Origin: a virus
Lineage: Duplodnaviria; Caudoviricetes
Reading direction: 5' to 3' (one strand)
IMG/VR virus record: IMGVR_UViG_3300020577_006105
Length of the DNA: 64,000 bases
Position numbers and translations under genes: made by a program
In this document: positions 1 to 10,213 of the stretch, one piece after another
How the letters are laid out: each line of letters starts with the position of its first letter
Position numbering within the stretch: the first letter of the stretch is position 1
The notes under the pieces: generated by a model
Database searches by the model: none
Seen by the model: only the letters and a program-made list of their open reading frames with translations
Told to the model about the DNA's origin: nothing

Positions 1-2
1 AA

Positions 3-1946
3 GAAGCCGGAGACGTTTCTGCTGTTAGTTTTCCAGGGAAATGGCCAAGGGTAGACCCTGTCGCTGGAAGGGTTATGTACACTAAAGAGCTTACCGCAAG
101 TAATGTACTTGTGTGGCGAAATATTGACGGCACTGATGAGATTGAACTCACAGAAACATATTCTCAGGATACATCACCAAGATACAACAGGGCTACAGAT
201 GACATCATTTTTGTCTCAGACCGAAATGGTAATCATCAGATTTACTCAGTGAATTTGTCTGGTACCGAGACACAGGTGATGTCGAACGCATACAACGACA
301 AACACCCATACATGAACACAACAGGTTCATATATGGCATTTTCCAGTGACCGTGGAACCAATTCCAATCTTGATATTTACAAACGCGCTACATCTGGCGG
401 TGCTGTTACACGATTGACCACCAGCACTGGTGAAGACTATCGACCATGTTGGAGTCAAGACGATACTAAAATCGCATTTGTTAGTACCAGAACAGGCACT
501 CCACAAATTTGGATAATGAATGCCGATGGAACCAGTCAGACACAGTTGTCGACTGTCGGTGACAATGATTATCCAGCCATTTCGCCAGACAATACCTTAG
601 TGATGTTCACTAGCAATCGTTCTGGCCAATGGGAGTTGTATTATGTGCCCATCGCTGGTGGTACCGAAACTAAGGTTGAAGTTGGAGGTATCAGTGTATA
701 CCAAGCGGATTGGCGCAGTGACGGTGTAAAAATTGTTCTCGTTGGCGGCGATGGCAATTATCACCACATTTACACTCGAGACACCCCGCTAAATCAAACC
801 AATTTGACACCGGTTCTACTGTGGAACAGCGGTGAATGTGGCAGCGCGTATTATGGTGAGTCAGATGCAAAAATCACTTTTGATTCCAATATTGATGGTC
901 AATATGAGATTTACAAAATCGCATCCACTGGCGCTGACAACAACACTATTGCAGAAAGTTCATATGCTGATGCATACCAACCAGCATGGAGCAAAAATGG
1001 AACCGAACTGGCTTATGTCAGCCAAGGCAATGGTGGAATCAATATCTACAAACTTGACTCGAATTCAGTGCTAAGTCTGTTGACAAATCACTATGGTTTG
1101 CTCATCCAGAGTTCTCAACCATCTTGGGAACCAGTAGATAGCAACGCCAGAATTGTTTATCAGACCAATGATGATTCAATCATTTATCTTGACATTGTCT
1201 ATGGATTTTCATTTGGTGCCATGTCGTTCTTGAATTATGGAGTGGCAATAATGAATAACGATGGTTCAGGAAAGATGTTCTTGACAGACCCTAATACATC
1301 TAATTCTATAGAACCAGTGTGGAACCCAAGTGGAACGCATGTGTATTACGCAAGACAAGAAGGTGTAGGCAATTATGAGATATGGAAAGTGACACCAGAA
1401 GCCACTGGTCATGAGGTGGTTGTCAGTGTATCAGGAGATTGTAGGTATCCATGTTTGAATCCATCTGGAACAGTAGTTGTTTACGCAAACAACAGAACTG
1501 GTGAATATCAGTTGTATTCATACGAATTAGCCACAGGCACCGAAACACGACTTACGCAAAACACTTATGAGTGTACTAGACCTACATACACGCCGGATGG
1601 CGATTATGTGGTGTACACGCGATATTCTCCAGAAGGAGAACCAAGCATTTGGAGAATCAAGACAGATACTCTCGAAGATGAAGAGTGGAACAATCCAGAC
1701 GGTCTAAATATAGATGATGCCTCGTCTACGTATTCTGACGCATTTGGAAGCACATTGTTGCAAGACCCAGATACCTGGGCAAATCTTCCTACAACCCAAG
1801 ATGATGCCATCGACCTTGGAATTGCCTACGTAAATCCAAGACTGATTGGTTCGTCAAAGAAATTGGCCATCGCAGTCAAACCGCCAATAGGCGAAGGACC
1901 GTATCAACTTGCTAACTTACAATTAAAAGCAACGTTTCGAGTGTAA
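3..1946 (+). CDS. TolB/PD40-like double beta-propeller protein (5'-truncated by the window edge), probably a virion protein
   Basis: Repeated PD40-type motifs (P-x-WS-x-DG/DD-x-x-IAFVS-x-R-x-G-x-x-QIW/IY), e.g. PCWSQDDTKIAFVSTRTGTPQIW and PAISPDNTLVMFTSNRSGQWELY. The frame of the 75..1946 ORF stays open back to base 3, so the true start is upstream of the window. Confidence 0.8.
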   Translation, partial: EAGDVSAVSFPGKWPRVDPVAGRVMYTKELTASNVLVWRNIDGTDEIELTETYSQDTSPRYNRATDDIIFVSDRNGNHQIYSVNLSGTETQVMSNAYNDKHPYMNTTGSYMAFSSDRGTNSNLDIYKRATSGGAVTRLTTSTGEDYRPCWSQDDTKIAFVSTRTGTPQIWIMNADGTSQTQLSTVGDNDYPAISPDNTLVMFTSNRSGQWELYYVPIAGGTETKVEVGGISVYQADWRSDGVKIVLVGGDGNYHHIYTRDTPLNQTNLTPVLLWNSGECGSAYYGESDAKITFDSNIDGQYEIYKIASTGADNNTIAESSYADAYQPAWSKNGTELAYVSQGNGGINIYKLDSNSVLSLLTNHYGLLIQSSQPSWEPVDSNARIVYQTNDDSIIYLDIVYGFSFGAMSFLNYGVAIMNNDGSGKMFLTDPNTSNSIEPVWNPSGTHVYYARQEGVGNYEIWKVTPEATGHEVVVSVSGDCRYPCLNPSGTVVVYANNRTGEYQLYSYELATGTETRLTQNTYECTRPTYTPDGDYVVYTRYSPEGEPSIWRIKTDTLEDEEWNNPDGLNIDDASSTYSDAFGSTLLQDPDTWANLPTTQDDAIDLGIAYVNPRLIGSSKKLAIAVKPPIGEGPYQLANLQLKATFRV

Positions 1947-2043
1947 GAAGGTACAGATAATTCGCTTACATAAAGGAACATTGTCGACCAATGTTTAATG
2001 AATGGATTAGGGTGACGTCGAATCACACTGCAGGAAAGATTAA

Positions 2044-2511
2044 ATGCTAAACATAGAAGCAAAATTACATGAAATGCTGCTTGAGGTTGCACCTTATTAC
2101 AATGAGGGCGAACAAGCGCAGATTGTTGCCTATGCTTCATCTTTGTTTGACGGCATGGAAAGACAAGCATCTACACACGCTGCCGAAAGCCAGATGATGG
2201 ATGCAATGCTACAGGCAATTGGCCACTTGCGTGACTGGAGTGATATTGATACACCAGATTTCATAGATGGTCGCGGATTAACAGCGGAACAAATCGTGCG
2301 CTCAGCCGGCCGCACCTTGCCAGAAACAGGATTTGACATTATCAACGAAGACGATTTGGATGTATTCTTTGGAAACTCAGACTACCAAGACCCTAATGGT
2401 TACACTATGGATGATGTTGCTACTTTTGCTGATGGTGAAGAAGCACACCCAGATAGATATTTCTTTAAGCCGGGATTTGGACGACATCGAACAGATTCAC
2501 AATCGAGGTAA
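2044..2511 (+). CDS. hypothetical acidic protein (start may be ATG 2074)
   Basis: 155-aa ORF packed tightly against the next gene (2 nt gap); no recognisable motif. Confidence 0.6.
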   Translation: MLNIEAKLHEMLLEVAPYYNEGEQAQIVAYASSLFDGMERQASTHAAESQMMDAMLQAIGHLRDWSDIDTPDFIDGRGLTAEQIVRSAGRTLPETGFDIINEDDLDVFFGNSDYQDPNGYTMDDVATFADGEEAHPDRYFFKPGFGRHRTDSQSR

Positions 2512-2513
2512 AC

Positions 2514-3167
2514 ATGAGGCGTTTTGCACAAGCACCTCCTCCCGACGCCGCACCTCCAGTCGGTGCTCTACCAATGGCACCGCCGCCAATGGGCGGAATG
2601 CCACCACCTCCAATGGGCGGAATGCCAGGAATGCCACCACCTCCAGGCGCACCACCATCTGGTCCTAGACAAGAGTTAATTGGTCCACTTGATTCTGTGT
2701 CCAAAATCTTGTATGATTACGACATTGGCACGGTTGTAGACGGTAACGCCGCTCGAGACGCCGAAGAACTTGCACTCGAGGTATGGAAAGCATACGGTGG
2801 CACTGAAATGGGTGATGATGTTGAGTCGAAAACAGGAAATCGAACGCCAGAATCAACCAAAGCCGCACCCGAAAAACAAGAGGCTGAGCACAAGGCTACT
2901 GAAGACAGTCGATGGCAGCGACTACCTTTTGGAAAAACTATTGAAGATATCACGACACTTGATGAGCTTTCTGAAATCTTATCAGGACTGATATTTGGTG
3001 CAGTAAAAGCCAAGGCACCAGCCGCAGCACCACCAGGTGGTATGCCACCGCCAATGGCAAATACGATTGAACTAATGCGACGATATTCAGCACTGGCCGA
3101 TGCTAGTGGCGCATATGATGTTGCTGATGAAATTGATTCAATCATTGCGTCAATCATTCGACCTTGA
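2514..3167 (+). CDS. Pro/Gly/Met-rich hypothetical protein, possible internal head protein
   Basis: Starts MRRFAQ, has PPPMGGM repeats, and ends in a helical tail ALADASGAYDVADEIDSII. Confidence 0.65.
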   Translation: MRRFAQAPPPDAAPPVGALPMAPPPMGGMPPPPMGGMPGMPPPPGAPPSGPRQELIGPLDSVSKILYDYDIGTVVDGNAARDAEELALEVWKAYGGTEMGDDVESKTGNRTPESTKAAPEKQEAEHKATEDSRWQRLPFGKTIEDITTLDELSEILSGLIFGAVKAKAPAAAPPGGMPPPMANTIELMRRYSALADASGAYDVADEIDSIIASIIRP

Positions 3168-3174
3168 TAACCAC

Positions 3175-3204
3175 TTGACTGGTTCGAAACGAATGTGTCA
3201 TAAT
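3175..3204 (+). promoter_or_regulatory. candidate sigma70-type promoter for the topoisomerase pair
   Basis: TTGACT (3175-3180), 18-nt spacer ending in TGT (extended -10), CATAAT (3199-3204), 14 nt before the ATG at 3219. Confidence 0.5.
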
Positions 3205-3218
3205 AGGTTAATCAGCCT

Positions 3219-5141
3219 ATGTCTAAGTACAGCACACAATCAATCACGGTTTTAGAACCGATGGACGCCGTTCGTTTGCGTCCTGGCATGTACGTTGGTG
3301 ACGACGGAGAACGAGGAATGCACCACCTAATAGGTGAGGTTCTGGACAACTCTGTAGACGAAGCAATGCAAGGATTTTGCTCAAACATCAACGTTGTTCT
3401 ATACAAAGATGGATGTACCGTGTCGGTTGAAGACGACGGTCGAGGAATACCAGTAGATAATCACCCATCTGACGGAAGGTCAACGCTTGAAGTTGTTATG
3501 ACCGTTTTGCATGCTGGTGGTAAGTTTGGTCATGATGAAGCATATCAGGAATCCGGTGGGCTTCACGGTGTTGGTGTATCGTGCGTCAACGCACTATCGG
3601 AGCATTTTGAGGTTATTGTCAATCGGGTTGACAAATCAGCCGGCGCAGTGGGTAGTTACAAACAGACTTATTCAAAAGGCAAACCACTAACCAAGGTTGA
3701 AAAGATTGGCAGCGCAGGAAAATCTGGAACCAAAATCACATTCACGCCAGACAAGGGTATCTTCAAGTCTGTTAAGCATTATGATTCAAACATCATTGTT
3801 CGTAGGCTTCGAGAAATTGCACACCTTAATCCGGGTTTGAAAGTAACATTCAACGATGAACCAAATGACAAACAGTATGCATTTTTGTCTGATGGTGGCA
3901 TTATTGACATGTTGTCAGATTTTGTAGGTGATTCCACCGGGCTTTATCCAGAGCAACCACTGGTTATTGAAGGCAAAAGTGGTACGGTCACTGTCAAACT
4001 TGGTATGCAGTATCGTTCTGACGATGACGAAAGCCTGCATTCATATGCTAACAACATTCACACTCCAGAAGGTGGAACGCACGTTTCGGGATTCAAACGC
4101 GCACTAACCTCAGCAGTTAACACTACGGCCAAGAAAAGTGGTCTTATCAAAGACGGTCTGCAAAGTGACGACATTCGAGACGGATTGGTTCTTGTTCTCA
4201 CTGTGCGATTGCGCCAACCACAATTTGAAGGACAGACAAAGGGAAGACTGGGCTCTTCAGAGGCTGAGTCGTCAGTTCTTTCTGTCGTATCTGAGCAACT
4301 TGGCGATTATTTCCAGAGAGACCCTCAATTCCTCAAGCGCATTGTCGAACGCGCACAATTGGCACAAAAGGCTCGAGAAGCAGCCAAGCGAGAATCTGAC
4401 CTTATCAAGCGCAAAGGCGCGTTTGCTAAAAGCACAAGGTTGCCCGGAAAACTCAAAGATTGTAACGTTGACAGTCGACACAACAGTGAACTGTTCGTTG
4501 TAGAAGGTGACTCTGCTGCTGGTTCTGCTATTGATGGCAGAGACCCACAAACGCAAGCAATCCTACCGCTTCGTGGTAAAATCATGAACGCAGAAAAGAA
4601 CGACCTTGCAAGCATTCTCAAGAATGAAGAGGTAAAGAGTCTCGTACTTGCGATTGGCTCCGGTGTTGAGATACCTGGCAAAGAGGCATTCAGGCTTGAA
4701 GACCGAAGATATGAGCGAATCATCATTATGACTGACGCCGATGTGGATGGCGGTCATATTGAAACTCTTTTGCTGGCCTTCTTTTACCGATACATGAAAC
4801 CACTGGTATCATATGGTCATCTATATTTGGCTGTTCCACCGCTTTACAAAGTTGAGGACTCAAAGGGTGGGAAGCACTATTGCTGGAACGACGAAGAGCT
4901 CAGAAAGATTGTCGATAAACTAAAGAGCCCGAGGATTACAAGGTTTAAGGGGCTTGGAGAAATGAATTCACATGAATTGGCAGAAACCACAATGGACTAT
5001 GCCACGAGAAAGCTGATTCGCATTAGCGTGCCAGATGCCGCCGATGCCGAACGTGTGTTGTCGACGTTTATGGGCAAATCAGTGTCTGCGAGAAAGGAGT
5101 ACCTGCTTGAAAGAAGTAGTGAGGGTGTAGAAGTTGGCTAG
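3219..5141 (+). CDS. gyrB: type IIA DNA topoisomerase B subunit (GyrB/ParE family)
   Basis: VRLRPGMYVG, EVLDNSVDE, DDGRGIP, LHAGGKF and GGLHGVGVSCVNALS (GHKL ATPase); EGDSA, PLRGK and IMTDADVDG (TOPRIM); RFKGLGEM. Confidence 0.97.
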   Translation: MSKYSTQSITVLEPMDAVRLRPGMYVGDDGERGMHHLIGEVLDNSVDEAMQGFCSNINVVLYKDGCTVSVEDDGRGIPVDNHPSDGRSTLEVVMTVLHAGGKFGHDEAYQESGGLHGVGVSCVNALSEHFEVIVNRVDKSAGAVGSYKQTYSKGKPLTKVEKIGSAGKSGTKITFTPDKGIFKSVKHYDSNIIVRRLREIAHLNPGLKVTFNDEPNDKQYAFLSDGGIIDMLSDFVGDSTGLYPEQPLVIEGKSGTVTVKLGMQYRSDDDESLHSYANNIHTPEGGTHVSGFKRALTSAVNTTAKKSGLIKDGLQSDDIRDGLVLVLTVRLRQPQFEGQTKGRLGSSEAESSVLSVVSEQLGDYFQRDPQFLKRIVERAQLAQKAREAAKRESDLIKRKGAFAKSTRLPGKLKDCNVDSRHNSELFVVEGDSAAGSAIDGRDPQTQAILPLRGKIMNAEKNDLASILKNEEVKSLVLAIGSGVEIPGKEAFRLEDRRYERIIIMTDADVDGGHIETLLLAFFYRYMKPLVSYGHLYLAVPPLYKVEDSKGGKHYCWNDEELRKIVDKLKSPRITRFKGLGEMNSHELAETTMDYATRKLIRISVPDAADAERVLSTFMGKSVSARKEYLLERSSEGVEVG

Positions 5142-7533
5142 GAAGAGAAAAGACGCAGTTAATATCGAGTATTTCGGTGACATTGAAGAACAGTCACTGC
5201 CAAGGGTTTTGGACAACTCATATGTCCGATACTCTACACATGCCATTCTTCAACGCGCTATTCCAAACTCTAAAGATGGACTCAAGCCGGCGCAGCGTCG
5301 CCTTTTATATTCAATGTATCGGCTTGGATTGGATGACGGTACAAAATACTGCAAATGTGCCAAGGTCTGCGGACAAACCAGCGGCGACTTGCACCCACAC
5401 GGCGAGTCAGTCATTTACCCAACCCTCACTCGTCTTGTGCAAGATTGGGTGCTAAGGTACCCGCTAATTCACGGTCAAGGTAACTTCGGCACCGTCGATG
5501 GTCTTGATGCAGCAGCAATGCGATACACAGAGGCCAGGTTGAGCCCATATGGCATTGCCGTGGTTGATGATGTCAGTGCAGATGCGGTAGATTTCCAGCC
5601 AAACTACACTGAAACTGATTTCGAACCAGTGATTCTTCCTGGGTTGTTCCCCAATCTTCTGTGTAATGGTGGTTCTGGTATTGCAGTGAGTATCGCGTGC
5701 AATTTTGCGCCACACAACCTGCGCGAAGTTGCTGCTGTAATTCGCGAATGCGTTACGAACAAGGATGTGACCGTTGACCGGCTTTTAGAACTTATGCCTG
5801 GCCCGGACTTTCCAACTGGTGGCATTATTCGCGGACAGGGTTCCACACGTCAGTATTACAGCACTGGCCGTGGAACGATTACAATAGATGGCATTTGGGA
5901 AACAGGTTCGGATTCCAAAGGTAACAAAACAATCACTGTTAATGAACTTCCGTATGGTTCTTCTCCAGATAAGTTGGCGCAACAAGTTGCAGAGTTAGTG
6001 CAAAACAAGAAACTCGATGGTGTTGTAGACCTTAAAGAATTGAGCCATCGTAAAGACGGAACAAAGGTCATCAAAATTGTGTTCACGTTGTCCAAGACAG
6101 CCGATGAACAACTGGTAATAAGAACCCTGCTTCGCAACACTTGTTTGCGCAACACGTTCTCGGTGAACCAAACTGCCATCGTCAATGGCCGAGCTAGTGA
6201 AAACGTTTCAATAATTGACCTTGCGCTGTCTTATTACAATCACCGAGTTTCCATTCTCAAAAGACGCAGCGAGGCAGAGCTCGAGAAACTCACCAAGCGC
6301 ATTCATATTCTCGAGGGTCTTGTGAACATATGTTCAAAGATTCGAGAGGTTGTCGATTTGATTCTTGATTCTGAATCACCGGCAGATGCAAAAGAGCGGT
6401 TGATTGCACGCAAATATGTCAAAACCGACGAACAGGCAACAGCGGTGCTTGAAATCAGCCTGAAGAAGTTGACCAAACTCGAAGTCAATCAGCTACTGGA
6501 GCAAAAAGACCAGGCCGAAAAACGCGCATCAAAACTTGAGAAGCTACTATCTTCCAAGTCTGCAATGCGTGATGCGGTTTTGAAGCAACTAGATGATTTT
6601 GTTGAGAAGTATGGTGACGACCGCAGAACACAAATTGGAGAAGATGCTGAAACAGTTTCTGCACAAGACTTCATTAAGAAAGAAGACATTGTAGTCAGTG
6701 TCAATATTGACGGATATGTTCGCAGAAACGGCTCGTTTGACCCAGGTTCTCAATACATAGAAACAAATACACTGAACACCATTGTGTTTGTTACAGACAC
6801 AGGAACGGCTTATTGCAAGCAGGGACATGACATACCATACAGTGGCAAAGGTAAGGGTACTCATATTGCACAACTCATAGGTTGCCGCCCAGATGAAAGT
6901 GTTGTTGGTGTATATGAACTCGAGTCTGCTGTCAAGAAGGTGTTCGTACTGACAACAAAAGACGGTCATGTCAAGCGCATCAAAGGCACAGAATTTGAAT
7001 CCAAGAAACGAACCGGAATCAATATCATGAAAATCAATGATGGTTCACGGCTAATCAGCGCACATCCCTGTGTTGACAATGGCGACTTGCTTGTCGCAAC
7101 AGAAATGGGCAAGGGTGTTTGCTATCCGCTGTCTTCTGTGCCTGTTCAGGGCAGGAACTCAAACGGTGTTAGGGCCATCAAGCTCGCGACCAACGACAAA
7201 ATAGCACAGTCAGTGGTTATCCACAAGGACTTCAACGGGCATGTCATGTTCGTTGCATCGCTAGGATATGTTCAGAAGTTGCCAATATCTAAGTTCAGGT
7301 GCTATTCAGGTCGTCAAGCCGTAGGTAAAAACACGATTGATAACGTTAAGTTTGACAGAACTGGATTGGTTATCGCAGCGATACCCATTGCCGACAATAC
7401 TGCGCTTGTTTGTAGCACTAAAGATGGCTCGAGCGTAATGCTGAATCCTTCAGAGATTCGAGAATCAATCAAGCCATTGCTTAAGGTGCCACCAGAGAAA
7501 GGCGATGAACTCATAGCCGTTAGTACAACATGA
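5134..7533 (+). CDS. gyrA: type IIA DNA topoisomerase A subunit (GyrA/ParC family), GyrA box absent
   Basis: RAIP..KDGLKPAQRR, HPHGE, GQGNFG, AAAMRYTEARL (catalytic Tyr) and GPDFPTGG, plus C-terminal pinwheel-like repeats. TTG start overlaps the end of gyrB. Confidence 0.95.
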   Translation: MARKRKDAVNIEYFGDIEEQSLPRVLDNSYVRYSTHAILQRAIPNSKDGLKPAQRRLLYSMYRLGLDDGTKYCKCAKVCGQTSGDLHPHGESVIYPTLTRLVQDWVLRYPLIHGQGNFGTVDGLDAAAMRYTEARLSPYGIAVVDDVSADAVDFQPNYTETDFEPVILPGLFPNLLCNGGSGIAVSIACNFAPHNLREVAAVIRECVTNKDVTVDRLLELMPGPDFPTGGIIRGQGSTRQYYSTGRGTITIDGIWETGSDSKGNKTITVNELPYGSSPDKLAQQVAELVQNKKLDGVVDLKELSHRKDGTKVIKIVFTLSKTADEQLVIRTLLRNTCLRNTFSVNQTAIVNGRASENVSIIDLALSYYNHRVSILKRRSEAELEKLTKRIHILEGLVNICSKIREVVDLILDSESPADAKERLIARKYVKTDEQATAVLEISLKKLTKLEVNQLLEQKDQAEKRASKLEKLLSSKSAMRDAVLKQLDDFVEKYGDDRRTQIGEDAETVSAQDFIKKEDIVVSVNIDGYVRRNGSFDPGSQYIETNTLNTIVFVTDTGTAYCKQGHDIPYSGKGKGTHIAQLIGCRPDESVVGVYELESAVKKVFVLTTKDGHVKRIKGTEFESKKRTGINIMKINDGSRLISAHPCVDNGDLLVATEMGKGVCYPLSSVPVQGRNSNGVRAIKLATNDKIAQSVVIHKDFNGHVMFVASLGYVQKLPISKFRCYSGRQAVGKNTIDNVKFDRTGLVIAAIPIADNTALVCSTKDGSSVMLNPSEIRESIKPLLKVPPEKGDELIAVSTT

Positions 7534-7576
7534 TAAGGTGAACAGTGCCCTATGGTGGAAATAAACACCATAGACG

Positions 7577-8581
7577 ATGATTTACCGTGACACCCCAGGA
7601 CAATATGATGCCGGCCAAATTGCCACAGGTATTTTGGTGCGTGGAATCCGTGTGGATGGATACTACACGATTGTCAATTCGTGCGACATCAACTACGAGC
7701 ACGAAGTAGACCTGAAAAATTACATTCAGGGTGGCCCAAATTCCTCTATCGTTGATATGGGCAAGAAGGTAATAAAGGGCAGCATCACACTTCCGTTGCG
7801 CGTAGATAGAGACGGCGCACTAGAGTCAGCGGCACAAAGACTGCTTCAAATTGCACACAACCCTAGTGCGTCATCTGTTATCGACACAAATCATGTGTTG
7901 TCCTATGGTGGTATTGCAGCCGACAGGGACAACGGCGGTGACGCAGACAATGAACTTCTGTCGCTGAATTGCATGGTCATCGAATCACTCACAATCAAAA
8001 TGTCACCAGACTCTGGCGTCAACTTAACGGCTGCCTTTACTGGAATGATTGACAATCGCGAACCAGCAGACTTGGTGGCACCACCAAGTGACTATCTTCT
8101 CGGTCGACAATTGTCATTACAGGACTGTGATTGCTCTCGCGTCTCAAGTGCAATGAGGAACGTGGTTTCTTTTGAAGTATATGTGCGAAACAAGATTGTG
8201 GCACCTGTGTTTATTCCACCGTGTCATATCAACAATCGAGATGCAAGCGCACCGGGGACAGGACCAAATCAACCAAGTGATTGGGCTTTTATGCCAGAGC
8301 AGCCATTGATTCTCGGAGTGGAAGAAACTCGCTGGGGTGGCACATTTGAGGAAGTCCTTAGACTTGGCGGAGATACCGAAACGCACATGCACGCTGGTTG
8401 GATTCAGGATGAAGACCTTACATTCCAGTTTGGTCCAGCAAGCGCACTATTTAGAATTCCACTGTACAAAGTGTCAACAGTACCATTAATAGCAGGGGTA
8501 ATGAGACGCAAAACAGACTTCATGGGCATAGTTAAGCCCAGTCGCAAGAATAATCCAACCGAATTGTTCTTTTTCTCGTAA
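7577..8581 (+). CDS. putative tail-tube-like structural protein (paralog 1)
   Basis: Beta-rich; shares YIQG-x-P-x3-I-x-D-x-G and I/L-T-L/M-P-L/I with the next gene. The tail-tube role is inferred. Confidence 0.45.
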   Translation: MIYRDTPGQYDAGQIATGILVRGIRVDGYYTIVNSCDINYEHEVDLKNYIQGGPNSSIVDMGKKVIKGSITLPLRVDRDGALESAAQRLLQIAHNPSASSVIDTNHVLSYGGIAADRDNGGDADNELLSLNCMVIESLTIKMSPDSGVNLTAAFTGMIDNREPADLVAPPSDYLLGRQLSLQDCDCSRVSSAMRNVVSFEVYVRNKIVAPVFIPPCHINNRDASAPGTGPNQPSDWAFMPEQPLILGVEETRWGGTFEEVLRLGGDTETHMHAGWIQDEDLTFQFGPASALFRIPLYKVSTVPLIAGVMRRKTDFMGIVKPSRKNNPTELFFFS

Positions 8582-8679
8582 AAAGCAGGACTGTTTCAGC
8601 CAGTGGCTTAAATCTGTAGTAGGTGCATGACGTTCAGTATGAGAATTGAAATGTATGCCTTGTAAGTTGGGAAGATAAC

Positions 8680-9711
8680 ATGCCTATTAGAAACGAACTC
8701 TTGGGAGTATTCAAAACATTACGAATCGGTGGTGACCGCTTTGTTTTGGCCGAAACAGCAAAGCGCAACCGGTCGATGGATGTTCAGGCAAAAACATACA
8801 TTCAAGGTACGCCAAAAGCACGAATTCTAGACATCGGCGGCGCACATGAAAAGATTGACCTAACAATGCCTATTCTAGTAGGTCCGGGCTCTGCGCTAGA
8901 CGGCAGAACCTTGCTCTTGGAGCAAATCACAAATGCACTTGACCCAGTGAACGCCACGTTGCCACTTATTCAAAATGCAAGCATTTCTATCAACGAGAAC
9001 CAAACAAGTGTAAATCTTGGACTCATCAGCGATGGTGACCCAAATCAACCTCCGGTCTTCGAGGTGTTTTCAGACGTTCCTGCAGGATTTGATGGTGCCG
9101 GAAACAACGTACCGTCTTATCTGCTAGACCCTTCACTCGCCGGATGCCCAACACGCGTCGCTCGTTTTTATGATTTCAGAGTCAACCTTGCTGGATACTA
9201 CATGTATGTCATGAATGCACAGCTACAGGTTCAGGTACAAACCGCAGAGCACTACTTCCTTGGTGGTACCACAGACTGTGATGCCGGCAATGATGTTCAA
9301 GATTTGGCCCGCAACTGGGGCACCCAGTTCCCATTCATCGGTGTGTCTGGTGTTACTATTTCTGGTTCAGGTACCGCTGCTGTTTTGTTAGATGACCTGA
9401 CAGGCGACTACGATTTTGATGATTATGACCAGACCTATGCATGGCAAGAGGGAGATGAGTCTCTAAACCTTTCTTATGGAGAAAACGCAGGTTCAGATAT
9501 CACGCTTCAGTTGCCAGGACAATCGGTTTGTGTTCCTAGCACATTCTGCTTGAACATCTACAATCCAGATACAACCCAATGGGAGAGCTTGTTCTGGGAT
9601 GGAGCTCAAGAAGTTGTCGACCTGAGCAAAAGTGTAGTCAAGTCGTCATCGTTCAACGTCAGCACAGGATTGCTTACTGCTGAGTTTGAATTCTTCTGCT
9701 GGGTTAAGTAA
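8680..9711 (+). CDS. putative tail-tube-like structural protein (paralog 2)
   Basis: KTYIQGTPKARILDIG aligns with KNYIQGGPNSSIVDMG of the upstream gene; beta-rich and acidic. Confidence 0.45.
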   Translation: MPIRNELLGVFKTLRIGGDRFVLAETAKRNRSMDVQAKTYIQGTPKARILDIGGAHEKIDLTMPILVGPGSALDGRTLLLEQITNALDPVNATLPLIQNASISINENQTSVNLGLISDGDPNQPPVFEVFSDVPAGFDGAGNNVPSYLLDPSLAGCPTRVARFYDFRVNLAGYYMYVMNAQLQVQVQTAEHYFLGGTTDCDAGNDVQDLARNWGTQFPFIGVSGVTISGSGTAAVLLDDLTGDYDFDDYDQTYAWQEGDESLNLSYGENAGSDITLQLPGQSVCVPSTFCLNIYNPDTTQWESLFWDGAQEVVDLSKSVVKSSSFNVSTGLLTAEFEFFCWVK

Positions 9712-9712
9712 C

Positions 9713-10213
9713 CTACCACTCATCCACATCATAGTGATATGGCCATTCATCAATGGTACACATATCTTCTAGCAAGGCTGTAACCACGCCTGGTGTGATT
9801 CCGTGTGTGTTAGCAAAAATAAACACATCACCCGGTGTAACAATTTGTGTGAACAATTTGCCTTCAGAGTCCTTCCATACTAGTCTTCCATACACAACAT
9901 CGCCGTGTTTCGCCTCGAGGATAGCGTGTGTTAACACAAACCCTAAACTCTTGGCCAGGTGCATGTATGTAGCATAAATATCTGGGATATGTGCGTGTTT
10001 GGCAAATCCATTGATGTAGTACGACGCCGTTATCGACTCGAGATGATTAAGTGGTGTGACATACTCGTTGTTGTTGGCTACAAAAACGAGTCCTACTTCA
10101 TCAGTCTGTGGTGACACGATGATTTTGAATCCTGTAATGCTTATGACTTTAAGCTCATCCACCGACCTTAATTTTGACATCATTTCTTCTGAAGTCAGGT
10201 TGATATCTTTCAT
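9713..10213 (-). CDS. divergent bifunctional-nuclease (DUF151/BFN-like) domain protein
   Basis: PDIYATY..L...LGFVLTHAIL...GDVVYGRL....TPGDVFIFA follows the DUF151 pattern RP.THDL...G..L..V.I....G.FYA.L...RPSDAIALA, but is degenerate. Confidence 0.55.
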   Translation of the reverse strand: MKDINLTSEEMMSKLRSVDELKVISITGFKIIVSPQTDEVGLVFVANNNEYVTPLNHLESITASYYINGFAKHAHIPDIYATYMHLAKSLGFVLTHAILEAKHGDVVYGRLVWKDSEGKLFTQIVTPGDVFIFANTHGITPGVVTALLEDMCTIDEWPYHYDVDEW

